A program made the position numbers and the translations under genes. From an uncultured virus (IMG/VR IMGVR_UViG_3300022602_000041) (lineage: Duplodnaviria; Heunggongvirae; Uroviricota; Caudoviricetes): DNA of 59,579 bases. The stretch lies in IMG/VR virus record IMGVR_UViG_3300022602_000041. One strand, 5' to 3'. Below are positions 34,201 to 39,173 of the stretch, piece by piece (the stretch's first letter is position 1; every line of letters starts with the position of its first letter). Below the pieces are notes generated by a model, which was given only the letters and a program-made list of their open reading frames with translations, had not been told where the DNA came from and made no database searches.

Positions 34201-35639
34201 AAACATTAGTTGTCAGTGTGATAACAGGAGAATCCTATACTTATAACTCTGCAACAAAACAGATAACCTTTACAACGGCATATGATAATACTCACTTAGT
34301 ACAAGTAATTGGTTTCTATCAGCACGATATTCTAGATATTCAAAGAACTGAAATTAGTATTAGTTCAACTGCTAATCTTGTAATTAACACTCCTTCATAT
34401 TTTGAATATAAAAATCTAACAGGTAATATTGTACCTTTAGATAGATATGTTATCGATCAAGGGTATGTTTGGTTAACACTTAACGGTACTTTACTATCTC
34501 CGAACATTGATTATAAATTAAATTCGGATCATTTAAGTTTAACTTTATATAAAGACGTTGTGATAAATTCTAGTAGTGTATTATCTATTATTACATTTAG
34601 TAGTGACGTATTACTTCCTGGTGTTTCTTATATGCAATTTAAAGATATGTTAAACAGAACTACATATAAGAGATTAAGTACCGATAAACAAACTACCTTA
34701 GCACAAGATTTAACATGGAGCGATACTGAAATCCATGTAACAGATGCTAGTAATTTTGATTTGCCAAATCCAAACAATGCTAAACCTGGAATAATCGAAA
34801 TCTGCGGAGAAAGGATTGAATATTATCAAGTATCCGGAAATATTTTAAGTCAATTGAGACGAGCTACACTAGGTACAGGACTACGTCCATTGTATCTTGC
34901 TGGTACTTTTGTACAAGATATCGGTACTAGTTCAACTATTCCATATATTGATAATCAAATTATAACACAAGTTATTAGTGATGGAACTAATATTGTTAAC
35001 TTACCGTTTATTCCTGGACAATATGTCACAGGATCGAAATATAAACAATCTACATTGACACAACAAGAATCGGCAGCTATTGCTAAAAATACTATAGAAG
35101 TATTTGTTGGTGGATACAATGATGGAGCAGTTTGGTCAAGCGGTGTAACATATAATGTTGGAACTATAGTAAATGTTGGCCCATATACTTATAGATGCAC
35201 ATCAACACACACTAGCGGTTCTACATTCTATGCAGATAGCAGTAATTGGAAATTCTTTATAGGTAATATTAGATTAAAGAAAAATAGTTATAGTGTATTC
35301 AATATAAACAATGGCCCTTATAGTCCAGCAGGAGATGTTGAATTTCCTGCAGATTTCACTGTTAATGGTACAACTGCACAAATTACTTTAGCAAATGTAT
35401 TAGATAATGGAACACAAATAACTGTTATTCAAAATACAGGCACTACATGGGACAGTTCTATTGATATACTTTATGATACAGGAGTTGTCGCTGACTTTTT
35501 ACGCGGAGCTCCGGGAATCTTGTATAGTGAATATAACAAAGTAGGTAATAATATAATAAAATCAAGTAATCCACCATCTACATTCGATAGTGATCTTGGT
35601 ACGTTTGACAACGGAAATATAACATTTGATAGAGGATAA
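19275..35639 (+). CDS. Giant 5454-aa multidomain baseplate/tail structural protein (gp7 position)
   Basis: Uninterrupted 16.4-kb ORF coupled (TAATG) to gp6. T/S/N/G-rich beta composition, several W....Y..G.IV.Y.G modules, FG.S.A propeller-like repeats, G.GY..APTVTI.GG repeats. Confidence 0.8.
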   Translation: MANGKNPISNNGLGINLLPTYYQTDTNKKFIQATVDQLFQQGGVNKTSGYIGRQHAKSATGKDIYVSSRNSVRRHYQLEPGISIEDTLGNNTFFKDYIDYVNQIGTLGGNTANHARLNKQEFYSWDPHIDWDKFVNFQNYYWLPYGPETITIYGQKAAITSTYTVTVESELSNNEYLFTPNGFTRNPVLKLYIGQTYIFEINSPGNPFSIKTARSAGNADRYEIPEIDNYAVENGTITFTVPYDAPNLLYYQSESDLQLGGVFEILPITDDTYIDVENDLLGKKSYTLPDGTALSNGMKLAFGGNVTPAKYASGEFYVEGVGVAITLISTKILQIVNTYTVEKTVPFDSDKFDSQPFSDETGFAGALDYITISRSSNDYNNWSRYNRWFHKDVITASASYNGNVADIDQSTRAVRPIIEFNSNLKLFNFGTNAIQDINLIDSFTTDAFSTIEGSAGYNVDGIALTQNQLIVFTADTDPLVQNKIYQVDFVDVIHLDSGKKQIHLIEVASPSLNDVILITSGINNQGKSYWFDGNSWILGQQKTGVNQAPLFDIVDENGISYGDNSVYTGSTFVGTKLFSYAIGTGADDNILGFPLSYLNINNIGDILFNFNLATDTFNYKQSTAIITKNISSGYLSSLTYSGNTLYVNGWQTCTSATVQAAVRVYNNSGKTNNFPVDIFDNISELSDLVIKVYVNGYRLDPNLWQLVAGPIYYNVVLTNAIQSTDILTIRAFTSQPVNNNGYYEVPVNLQNNPLNDVMGSFSLGEVTDHLTSIVDNIPKGFVGSMPGDNNLRDLGNITQYGTKFVQHSGPLSLSLYHITSESNNIVRAIQEARNDYGKFKRNFITTASSLGVDGDPITITNLVLQKLNANIPNTAPYYFSDMVPYGAAIVTPLTVVDYRIKQYPLTNEFNLSTLSNKAVGIYQTTSGVTTQLVYGRDYTFSSTFFIITDNVKLTNGDILTTYEYDSTDGCFIPETPTKMGMWPAYIPQIYMDTTLVAPQLMIQGHDGSQVLAYGDYRDDLILELEKRIFNNIKVQYDPDIFDINDIIPSYNRTTDYSLAEFNEVLAPNFYTWAPLTGKDFSTPLNYDINNTFTYNYSTSVAPNGTSVPGYWRGIYRYLLDTDRPNICPWEMLGFSIMPSWWISLYGPAPYTGDNLPMWQDIANGTIRVPGQPITYLSKYAKPFLMEHIPVDSDGNLLSPLQCGLTKGPNSPSFDNNFVFGDVSPVESAWRRGSYYPYSVIIASMLLAPAKTFGLLLDKSRIQRNLAGQLIYTDTELRITPSDIIVPSIYSSNSRIQTSGLINFIVDYILNFIFSNNIKSYDGYIYDLKNMDITLSYRLGAFTSKEQFNLLLDSRSPTSTGSIFVPQENYNIILNKSSPVKKITYSGVIVTRLNSGYEVKGYSKTEPYFYYFPYTQTGQIINIGGISESYSQWTPNQQYIAGSIVQYQGSYYRSTATTTAGTTFDTTLFAALNGLPITGGVQANLRTSWDTSSPILVPYSTQFTTIQAVVDFLLGYGKYLETQGFIFDDFNNNLGSVANWTTSVNEFLFWTTQNWSAGQNKWSDWIPNQPVTYGSIVRYNGDYYSALFNLAASDIFDPLKYSKLDGLSEIGSSVISLSPGANRLIFGTNLTVVDDISNPFYDYEIVKVDGTPIQPTFLNSYRNGNVVSYTTTNHDGIYGASFYLIQNEHVVLLNNTTIFNDIIYNPTSGYRQERLKISAYVSEGWYGGFDIPGFIYDRAIIQAWEPFQDYNLGDIVLNQGNYYSANSFLPGVPLFDSYNWTKLDSKPVPKILPNWTNSATQFLDFYSTDVDGFNSDQQTQAHHLIGYQKRQYLDNIIQDSVSEFKFYQGMIRDKGTQNALNHLFGVLTEDNSESLTFYEEWAVRVGQYGAASAFREIEFILDEQQFISNPQGFSLSTVVDPSFKGTFIIQQTPNDVYLKPVGYNSKPWPLLTNYNPFLRDAGYVNSADIFISLGSLSQITSQDITTFYEGAYVWITFDSAPAFWNIYRYTDLHLQINSVTYSSGSLKITATNIVKNITKGSYVGLTQVSALQGFFLVTDIELNVITLSATINNFPQPFTPALCEKLVVFGMTPQRVSSIDALDSVITKTTLPNELVWADSTLPTDDSWAVWKYSSVYQISNIPNNAPQSELKFGSSIAVNNQGTLAAVTTSFGQVIIYDKIGISVAWTQRQVLTPPFIATNSLVTTTLNTTVNSNIVACAAAQSSWVGGIISGPGIPYNTIITTVTPGVSMVLGQEATTTLSGNTYLIVLQNNINPLNTIASTVAISYDGEWMASGSPLAGSAVTSYLGTYNSSNVYGPGTIVSVISGSITKYYEALSVVPTNTTPTSNPNYWGNLYYLPVNDYGTWDNNTDYPLHTLVVFKNNVYKANKQIYRSINLLITSTLSTYVSSGTTYQYALTTTDTSELGAGYEIIFSGDVFGDLQVTGANGSGAIAKINFPTQLVPPFLTGQTITVSEVIPTAYNGTYTVISCTTSSVSFASNATGVLLYPGKITTSNVGSISGLIAGNTYYIANIIDSNHFQISATAGSSSYVPLVTAYGTMVATQQAQLTPDVAVDPLTGTPLWTYVTNYFSTITGPSGQGVVSLYKKDYNNIYSLVDTILSPLPSANENFGSSLIFGGDNNLYISAPGYSNNAGRVYNITYSTVVQETYAYNPSGSEESTLVLSSTSGIRAGMVVIGNGFTSGQTVVEVVNSTTLTLSGTPDSTPSGVLSFAIAGWGYNWSQIFTGTINQGFGYSIALSADQTTLAISATNGLSNATVNIYTNTGNGFETPQIITTVDSNIQLALSGTGTYIAIADDTASTSQIKGQGSVTIYSLNSVGQYVQYQTLALHQPEINGHFGRKISFMNDYNTLVVYSEYGDTNVTTTFDSNKTTFDKNSTVFSVTQTNSGRIDVYDRYATQWVYSESLTKVNPVVSSALLIPGNTYDILTLGTTDFTTIGASANKVGVQFVATGGAIGTGTAALVTSESGVLDGYGTGFAVGANHILVGAPNGVDRGLQSGLIFDYEKSPGSYSWTKMRSKSTIPDVTKIKKAFLYNRIDGELIQYIDFIDPAQGKIPGPADEEITYKAFYDPAVYTYIAPDATITVNVNANASWTTAQLGQLWWDLRTAKFLNVYVDDVIYRNSNWNTLATGASIDIYEWVSYSGLPSAWDLLADTPTGLAQGISGTSIYGNNAYSVSQVFNSVTNKFTKTYYFWVKNKKYIPNVPGRHMDALDVSNLIANPRGQNYTYLALTSESTFSLVNAKQFLQDTQLVLSVNYWLIDNVDQNVHRHWKIISDDPTTIIPKNILQKWIDSLCGVDEQGRVVPDPALPLKLRYGIENRPRQGMFINRFEALKEFVDIANQTLLQNQIVENSNLSSLESYDPIPNAVLGMYDSTISTDAELPYSNIANYSIPVITPVIGSGRIIGATISSSGKGYLVAPYIEVHGSGTGAILRAIINSKGQITGVDVISSGIGYDVDTTFTVRNYSVLVTSDSGADGNWSIYSYDPVYKIWSRTLTQSYDVRKFWNYADWYGSYTDPTSNKVLFIATQFTAPDFSVATLSDLNNISVSIGETVKIRTTGSGGWSLLYKYSNTVSVDWTQSYATVGLQNGTIQLSSNLYKMAGTNLGYDNIIYDADGFDLYAAVELRIILNALQNNIFINTLTGSYLDLFFDSVRYVHKEQPYVDWIFKTSFVKAEHSVGSLNQPVTYQPDNLSNFQDYVNEVKPYRTKVREYVDNYTNLDVSQLPITDFDLQPIYENGSMTVLHAYVVNDKIVTSDPNINVAPWKNWFKDVGFEITEIILTSNGFNYATIPTVVISGGGGTGATAKAFITNGSVNRIILLTPGSGYLSAPTVTIQGGLAEGGVAATAVAIIGDSVVRSTLVGMKFDRINQTYYITQLQKTETFTGTSNRVQFPLTWAPDVRIGQSTVTINNTLALRDSYVLNITSSKLNGYTQYAGNITFISPPGINAAISVTYNIDQTLLNATDRIQYYYNPTAGMLGKDISQLLTGIDYGGVIVSGMNFVESNGWDSVPYYSSGWDSYDSNYTDYSVVVAANTHSFTLPYTPLAGTQLTIYKNQTYTNSYTVESLSTTKFQFNVSDVSPVVSASWSTTTTGSSNVVGSSTLHLTSTAGIKEGDSVSQTGTSLFVEGTTVLSIVNATTITLNYILYNAITAGSSVTFTRTLTQFVDYVIPNTSDINLISFTNSNIIVGTNITITGKLNPIRLDDPNYNIYQQFISLIISSVTYDSLFGSNYQSIQTGNSILIYSTVRNYRSAETILAINNLVSNITELSLVSSNASAVSLINNYANIITTIVSGGVVPTPIYPSPYGTPVVITYTAPDVTIGTLGYYVYLPVANVNATQVTTNWTVTGPGISGIATVLNVTLHNGYVAAQINIEVVEYYENGTYTFQSPNGGITNAAILLNDNIPFIQAEMVAYIKANYSGYSTSISAFQTQIQYTVESLIYNLLYGGNSQSLLTAEVYGNTYLIDLDTADLNTFDTNIYNHINTLVQDIISNITVTPLQTQFLQYENSSLINGSLAGTALSNNISTVINYLTGGSVTTINPTITLGSMSLQPIAENILSSETLLIPVYNSNSIVNTFLADGVNTTFTIPNTYTVNKGDEFVIRQITSDGSILPADSDYDTSLSGGNTSQLNGVYATATGLLADDIIVDGDDFVTPDTSGAPEEVVPGQVVDTVAIKVFDTPHTGSANIKVDNYITNGVSASYSLSQILNSSGAVIVKLNGNIKTLNTDYTINYNTQSVILNSIPPANEQLSLFSIGYNGKNILGIDYFIGDGLTTEFVTNIEWTTPVTSLVYLNGEVVNPILFKTDSTYSIIDTIGLRFSIAPADGQIINYIIVSGTEKTFSIATVETVSTNGGLTYTLQNQIGNNLPNESNMLVRVDQSILQPPNNVYFTIGSNRLNYIIDPIKFVPYSVDIKDIVVIIGTTPLKLGTDYVVDLGGISIKITKKIYSAYTGQTLVVSVITGESYTYNSATKQITFTTAYDNTHLVQVIGFYQHDILDIQRTEISISSTANLVINTPSYFEYKNLTGNIVPLDRYVIDQGYVWLTLNGTLLSPNIDYKLNSDHLSLTLYKDVVINSSSVLSIITFSSDVLLPGVSYMQFKDMLNRTTYKRLSTDKQTTLAQDLTWSDTEIHVTDASNFDLPNPNNAKPGIIEICGERIEYYQVSGNILSQLRRATLGTGLRPLYLAGTFVQDIGTSSTIPYIDNQIITQVISDGTNIVNLPFIPGQYVTGSKYKQSTLTQQESAAIAKNTIEVFVGGYNDGAVWSSGVTYNVGTIVNVGPYTYRCTSTHTSGSTFYADSSNWKFFIGNIRLKKNSYSVFNINNGPYSPAGDVEFPADFTVNGTTAQITLANVLDNGTQITVIQNTGTTWDSSIDILYDTGVVADFLRGAPGILYSEYNKVGNNIIKSSNPPSTFDSDLGTFDNGNITFDRG

Positions 35640-35645
35640 TCAAAA

Positions 35646-37283
35646 ATGGCACAACAATTATTGAATTTAGGTACAGCAACAGATGATGGTACCGGGGATA
35701 CTTTAAGAACTGGTGGAACAAAAATAAATGCAAACTTTTCTGAATTGTATTCTTCTATTGTGCCATCACAAGCTGGTAATAATGGATATATTTTATCTAC
35801 AAATGGATCATCATTAATTTGGCAACCAGCATCGGCAATACTTAACTATTCTATACCTTTAGCATCAACAACGGTGTTAGGAGGAGTTAAAATTGATGGA
35901 GTTACTATTACTACTAATTCAGGTGTAATAAGTGCTACACCTTATTCATTACCAACTGCAAGTACTAGCGTACTCGGCGGAGTTAAAGTAGACGGCTCAA
36001 CAATTAATATTAATGGAGGAGTAATTAGTGCAACTCCAGGGTCTTATAGTTTACCTATCGCTACTTCAAGCTCATTAGGCGGAGTTAAAGTAGATGGATC
36101 TAGTATTGTTATTAATCCTTCAACTGGAGTTATTAGTAGTACAACTCCTTATACATTACCAACTGCAAGTACTAGTGTACTCGGCGGAGTTAAAATTGAC
36201 GGAACTACAATCACTCTAAATGGAAGTAATCAACTTCAATATATTTTACCATCTGCAACTGCAATTGTATTAGGTGGAGTTAAAGTTGATGGTACTACAA
36301 TTACTTCAACCGGCGGAGTAATTAGTTCAGTGGTACCTACTGCAACTACTAGTGTACTTGGTGGAGTTAAAGTTGATGGATCGAGTATTGTTATTAATAA
36401 TGGAACAATTAGTTCTGTATTACCGATAGCATCTACAACAATCATCGGAGGAGTTAAAGTAGACGGAACTTCAATTACTTCAACTAGCGGTTTAATCAGT
36501 GTTTCTCCCGCAACTACTAACACACTAGGAGGAGTCAAAGTAGATGGAACAACTATTACAATTAATGGTAGTGGTGTTATTAGTAGCGCAAGTGCTTATT
36601 CTCTTCCAACAGCGACTACTAGTATTCTTGGAGGAGTAAGAATTGATGGGTCATCTATTACAATTAACGGAAGCGGAGTAATAAGTGCTACATCATATTC
36701 ATTACCTACAGCAAGCACTGGAACATTAGGCGGAGTCAAAGTAGATGGTACCACTATTACAATTAACGGTAGTGGTGTTATCAGCGGTGCAAATACATAT
36801 TCATTGCCAACAGCAAGTACAACAGTTTTAGGCGGAGTTAAAATAGATGGCTCAACAATTATATTAAACGGCAGTAATCAATTAGTAGCAAGCCCTGGTT
36901 CGTTAAGTAGTCGTACTACAGTAGCAACTACGACAGCAAGTTTATCCAATACCGCTAGTGCTACTGCAACTGTTACGGCTGCTAAAGGATATCTATTGTA
37001 CAGTATACAAACTAGTGTTGGTGCCTGGGTAACAGTTTATACAAGTTCCACAGCTCAATCTAATGATAGTAGTAGAAACATTAGCACAGATCCAACTCCT
37101 GGTAGCGGAGTAGTTGCTGAATCAATTACAACAACTGCAACTACTACTTATTTTACTCCAGCAGTATTTGGATTTAATGCCGATGGAACACCTAGTACAA
37201 ATATGTATTTGAAGATTTATAACAATAGCGGTTCGACAAACCCAATTACAGTAACAATTACATATTTAAAATTGGAAGTATAA
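35646..37283 (+). CDS. Tail/baseplate fibre with gp9/gp10-like N-terminus and tandem repeats
   Basis: LNLGTATDDGTGDTLRTGGTKINANFSELY (gp9/gp10-type anchor) followed by 11 LP.AST.VLGGVKVDG repeats. Confidence 0.75.
   Translation: MAQQLLNLGTATDDGTGDTLRTGGTKINANFSELYSSIVPSQAGNNGYILSTNGSSLIWQPASAILNYSIPLASTTVLGGVKIDGVTITTNSGVISATPYSLPTASTSVLGGVKVDGSTININGGVISATPGSYSLPIATSSSLGGVKVDGSSIVINPSTGVISSTTPYTLPTASTSVLGGVKIDGTTITLNGSNQLQYILPSATAIVLGGVKVDGTTITSTGGVISSVVPTATTSVLGGVKVDGSSIVINNGTISSVLPIASTTIIGGVKVDGTSITSTSGLISVSPATTNTLGGVKVDGTTITINGSGVISSASAYSLPTATTSILGGVRIDGSSITINGSGVISATSYSLPTASTGTLGGVKVDGTTITINGSGVISGANTYSLPTASTTVLGGVKIDGSTIILNGSNQLVASPGSLSSRTTVATTTASLSNTASATATVTAAKGYLLYSIQTSVGAWVTVYTSSTAQSNDSSRNISTDPTPGSGVVAESITTTATTTYFTPAVFGFNADGTPSTNMYLKIYNNSGSTNPITVTITYLKLEV
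35856..36895 (+). repeat. Coding tandem repeat, 11 units of about 28-35 aa
   Basis: Recurring GG(A/C/T)GGAGT(T/C)AAA(G/A)T(A/T)GA core encoding GGVK(V/I)DG; unit lengths keep frame. Confidence 0.9.
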
Positions 37284-37284
37284 T

Positions 37285-38514
37285 ATGGACTTTAAACCAT
37301 CAAATCTTATTCCGGTAGATTTAGTAATGCCCGAAGGAGCAAGTCCTGAAGGCATAAATTCTTATTTGCCAACCTATTTAACTCCTCCTTCCATAGCAGC
37401 CGCATACGGAATTCCTAATAGTACAGGGTATGGTGTAAAAATTGCAATTTTTAGTTTTGGTGGTGGCTTTCAACAAAGTGATCTTAATAAATCTTTTTCA
37501 GATTTACAAACGGCAGGATTGATATCATCTAATTTAACGGCTCCTACAATTAGAACAGTACTATTAGATGGTCAAACAGGAACATACACTGGTACTGGCT
37601 CAGATGGAGAAAATACTGTAGATATATATTGTACAGCTTGTATGGCACCTCTTGCTAATATTAGTATCTATATTGGAAATTATCTTTCAAGTATGGTTGC
37701 TCAAGCAATTTCAGATCAAGTACATATATGTACTATGAGTTGGGGTGGTGCTGAATATACAGCAGATGAAACAAATCTAGCTTTATTAGCCTCTAACAAA
37801 ATTGTTTTCTGTGCATCATCGGGGGACTACGGAAGTGTAGTTAGTGAAGGAAGCTCCTCTGAAGCGGTAGTTTACCCGGCATCGAGCCCTAATGCAATCG
37901 GAGTAGGCGGTACACATTTGTATGTTACAGCTCAAAACGTGAGATCTTTAGAAACAGATGATAATGGAGATTCCAATTTTCCTTCAGGTTGGGGCGGCGG
38001 CGGCGGAATAAGTACAACATTTAGCTTGCCTAGCTGGCAAACTGGACTACATTATACTCCTGTTACTAGCGGAGTAACGGGCAGTCCAACATCGTTGACT
38101 ATGAGAGGAGTACCAGATATTTCTGCTCCTATGAGTGCATATATCTATTATCAAAGCGGAACATTAGCGGCTGCTGGAGGAACAAGCCTTGCTTGCCCAA
38201 CATTAGCTGGTATGTTTGCTAGAATCCTGCAATTAACTGGAGTTAAAAGATCAAGTGTTGATTGGAATACCTTGGCTTATGCACATCAAAGTGTATTTTA
38301 TGATATAACTGTGGGTAAAGACACTGGATCAATTAGTAATGGGTATGCAGGTACCTCGGGCTGGGATCCTGTAACCGGATTGGGTCCACCTATAGGCGCA
38401 TCTTTATATGCTTTAGTACGTACTGGATCGATATATCCTAAACTAAATTATGGTTTTAGAAATTCAACCGGCGCAGTTTATCCAAGAAAAAATAATGGTG
38501 CAAGAGCATATTAA
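37285..38514 (+). CDS. Sedolisin/kumamolisin (S53) serine-carboxyl protease, catalytic domain only
   Basis: GENTVD (Glu/Asp pair), SWGG.E, ASSGDYG (oxyanion Asp), YPASSP...GVGGT, RGVPDISA, GGTSLACP (Ser), GWDPVTGLG (Ca site). Confidence 0.9.
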   Translation: MDFKPSNLIPVDLVMPEGASPEGINSYLPTYLTPPSIAAAYGIPNSTGYGVKIAIFSFGGGFQQSDLNKSFSDLQTAGLISSNLTAPTIRTVLLDGQTGTYTGTGSDGENTVDIYCTACMAPLANISIYIGNYLSSMVAQAISDQVHICTMSWGGAEYTADETNLALLASNKIVFCASSGDYGSVVSEGSSSEAVVYPASSPNAIGVGGTHLYVTAQNVRSLETDDNGDSNFPSGWGGGGGISTTFSLPSWQTGLHYTPVTSGVTGSPTSLTMRGVPDISAPMSAYIYYQSGTLAAAGGTSLACPTLAGMFARILQLTGVKRSSVDWNTLAYAHQSVFYDITVGKDTGSISNGYAGTSGWDPVTGLGPPIGASLYALVRTGSIYPKLNYGFRNSTGAVYPRKNNGARAY

Positions 38515-38535
38515 ACTATCAGATAATGAACACTG

Positions 38536-38542
38536 ATAAATA
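38536..38542 (+). promoter_or_regulatory. Late promoter ATAAATA
   Basis: GATAAATA about 20 nt upstream of ATG 38562. Confidence 0.65.
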
Positions 38543-38561
38543 ATAGATAAAGAGAGATATT

Positions 38562-39170
38562 ATGCAGACTAAAGACTCAACAGGAATCCATATTGAAGGT
38601 CATATTAAGATTTATGACCCTATTTCTAAAGAAATCTTCATCAATAAACGTAATGCTATTCATTACGAAAATATGAGTATTGCTATTGCACAAAGTCTAG
38701 CAGACAGCGGTAATGGTTTTGTTTACCAAATGGCATTTGGCAACGGTGGAACCAGTATTGATCCAACCGGAATTATTACCTATCTAACCCCAAACACAAG
38801 CGGAACTAACGCTAGTTTATATAATCAAACCTACGTTAAAGTTGTAAATCAAGAATCAAGCAATAATTTAGATCCTACTAGGAATTTTATAGAAACACGT
38901 CATACAACTGGTACAAACTATACTGATGTATTTGTAACTTGTTTGTTAGATTATGGTGAACCTAGCGGGCAAAGTGCTTATGATATAGAATCAAATGGTC
39001 AAAGTGCATACGTATTTGACGAATTAGGGTTGCAGAGTTATAATACAGATGGGTCTACATCTTTATTGACACATGTTATTTTTCACCCTGTATTAAAAAG
39101 TCTTAATAGGTTAATTCAAATAGATTATACTGTTCGAATTCAAAGTTTAACTGGTTTGGTAGGAGTATAA
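38562..39170 (+). CDS. Virion structural protein (baseplate/fibre attachment)
   Basis: IEGHIKIYD...NAIH, MAFGNGG, FDELGL, LLTHVIFHPV.KS.NR.IQIDYT; late promoter; precedes the fibre genes. Confidence 0.6.
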   Translation: MQTKDSTGIHIEGHIKIYDPISKEIFINKRNAIHYENMSIAIAQSLADSGNGFVYQMAFGNGGTSIDPTGIITYLTPNTSGTNASLYNQTYVKVVNQESSNNLDPTRNFIETRHTTGTNYTDVFVTCLLDYGEPSGQSAYDIESNGQSAYVFDELGLQSYNTDGSTSLLTHVIFHPVLKSLNRLIQIDYTVRIQSLTGLVGV

Positions 39171-39173
39171 TAA

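Noticed and set aside
35856..36895. CRISPR array
   Set aside because: The repeats are in frame, vary at synonymous positions and encode a protein repeat; the sequences between them are homologous to each other.
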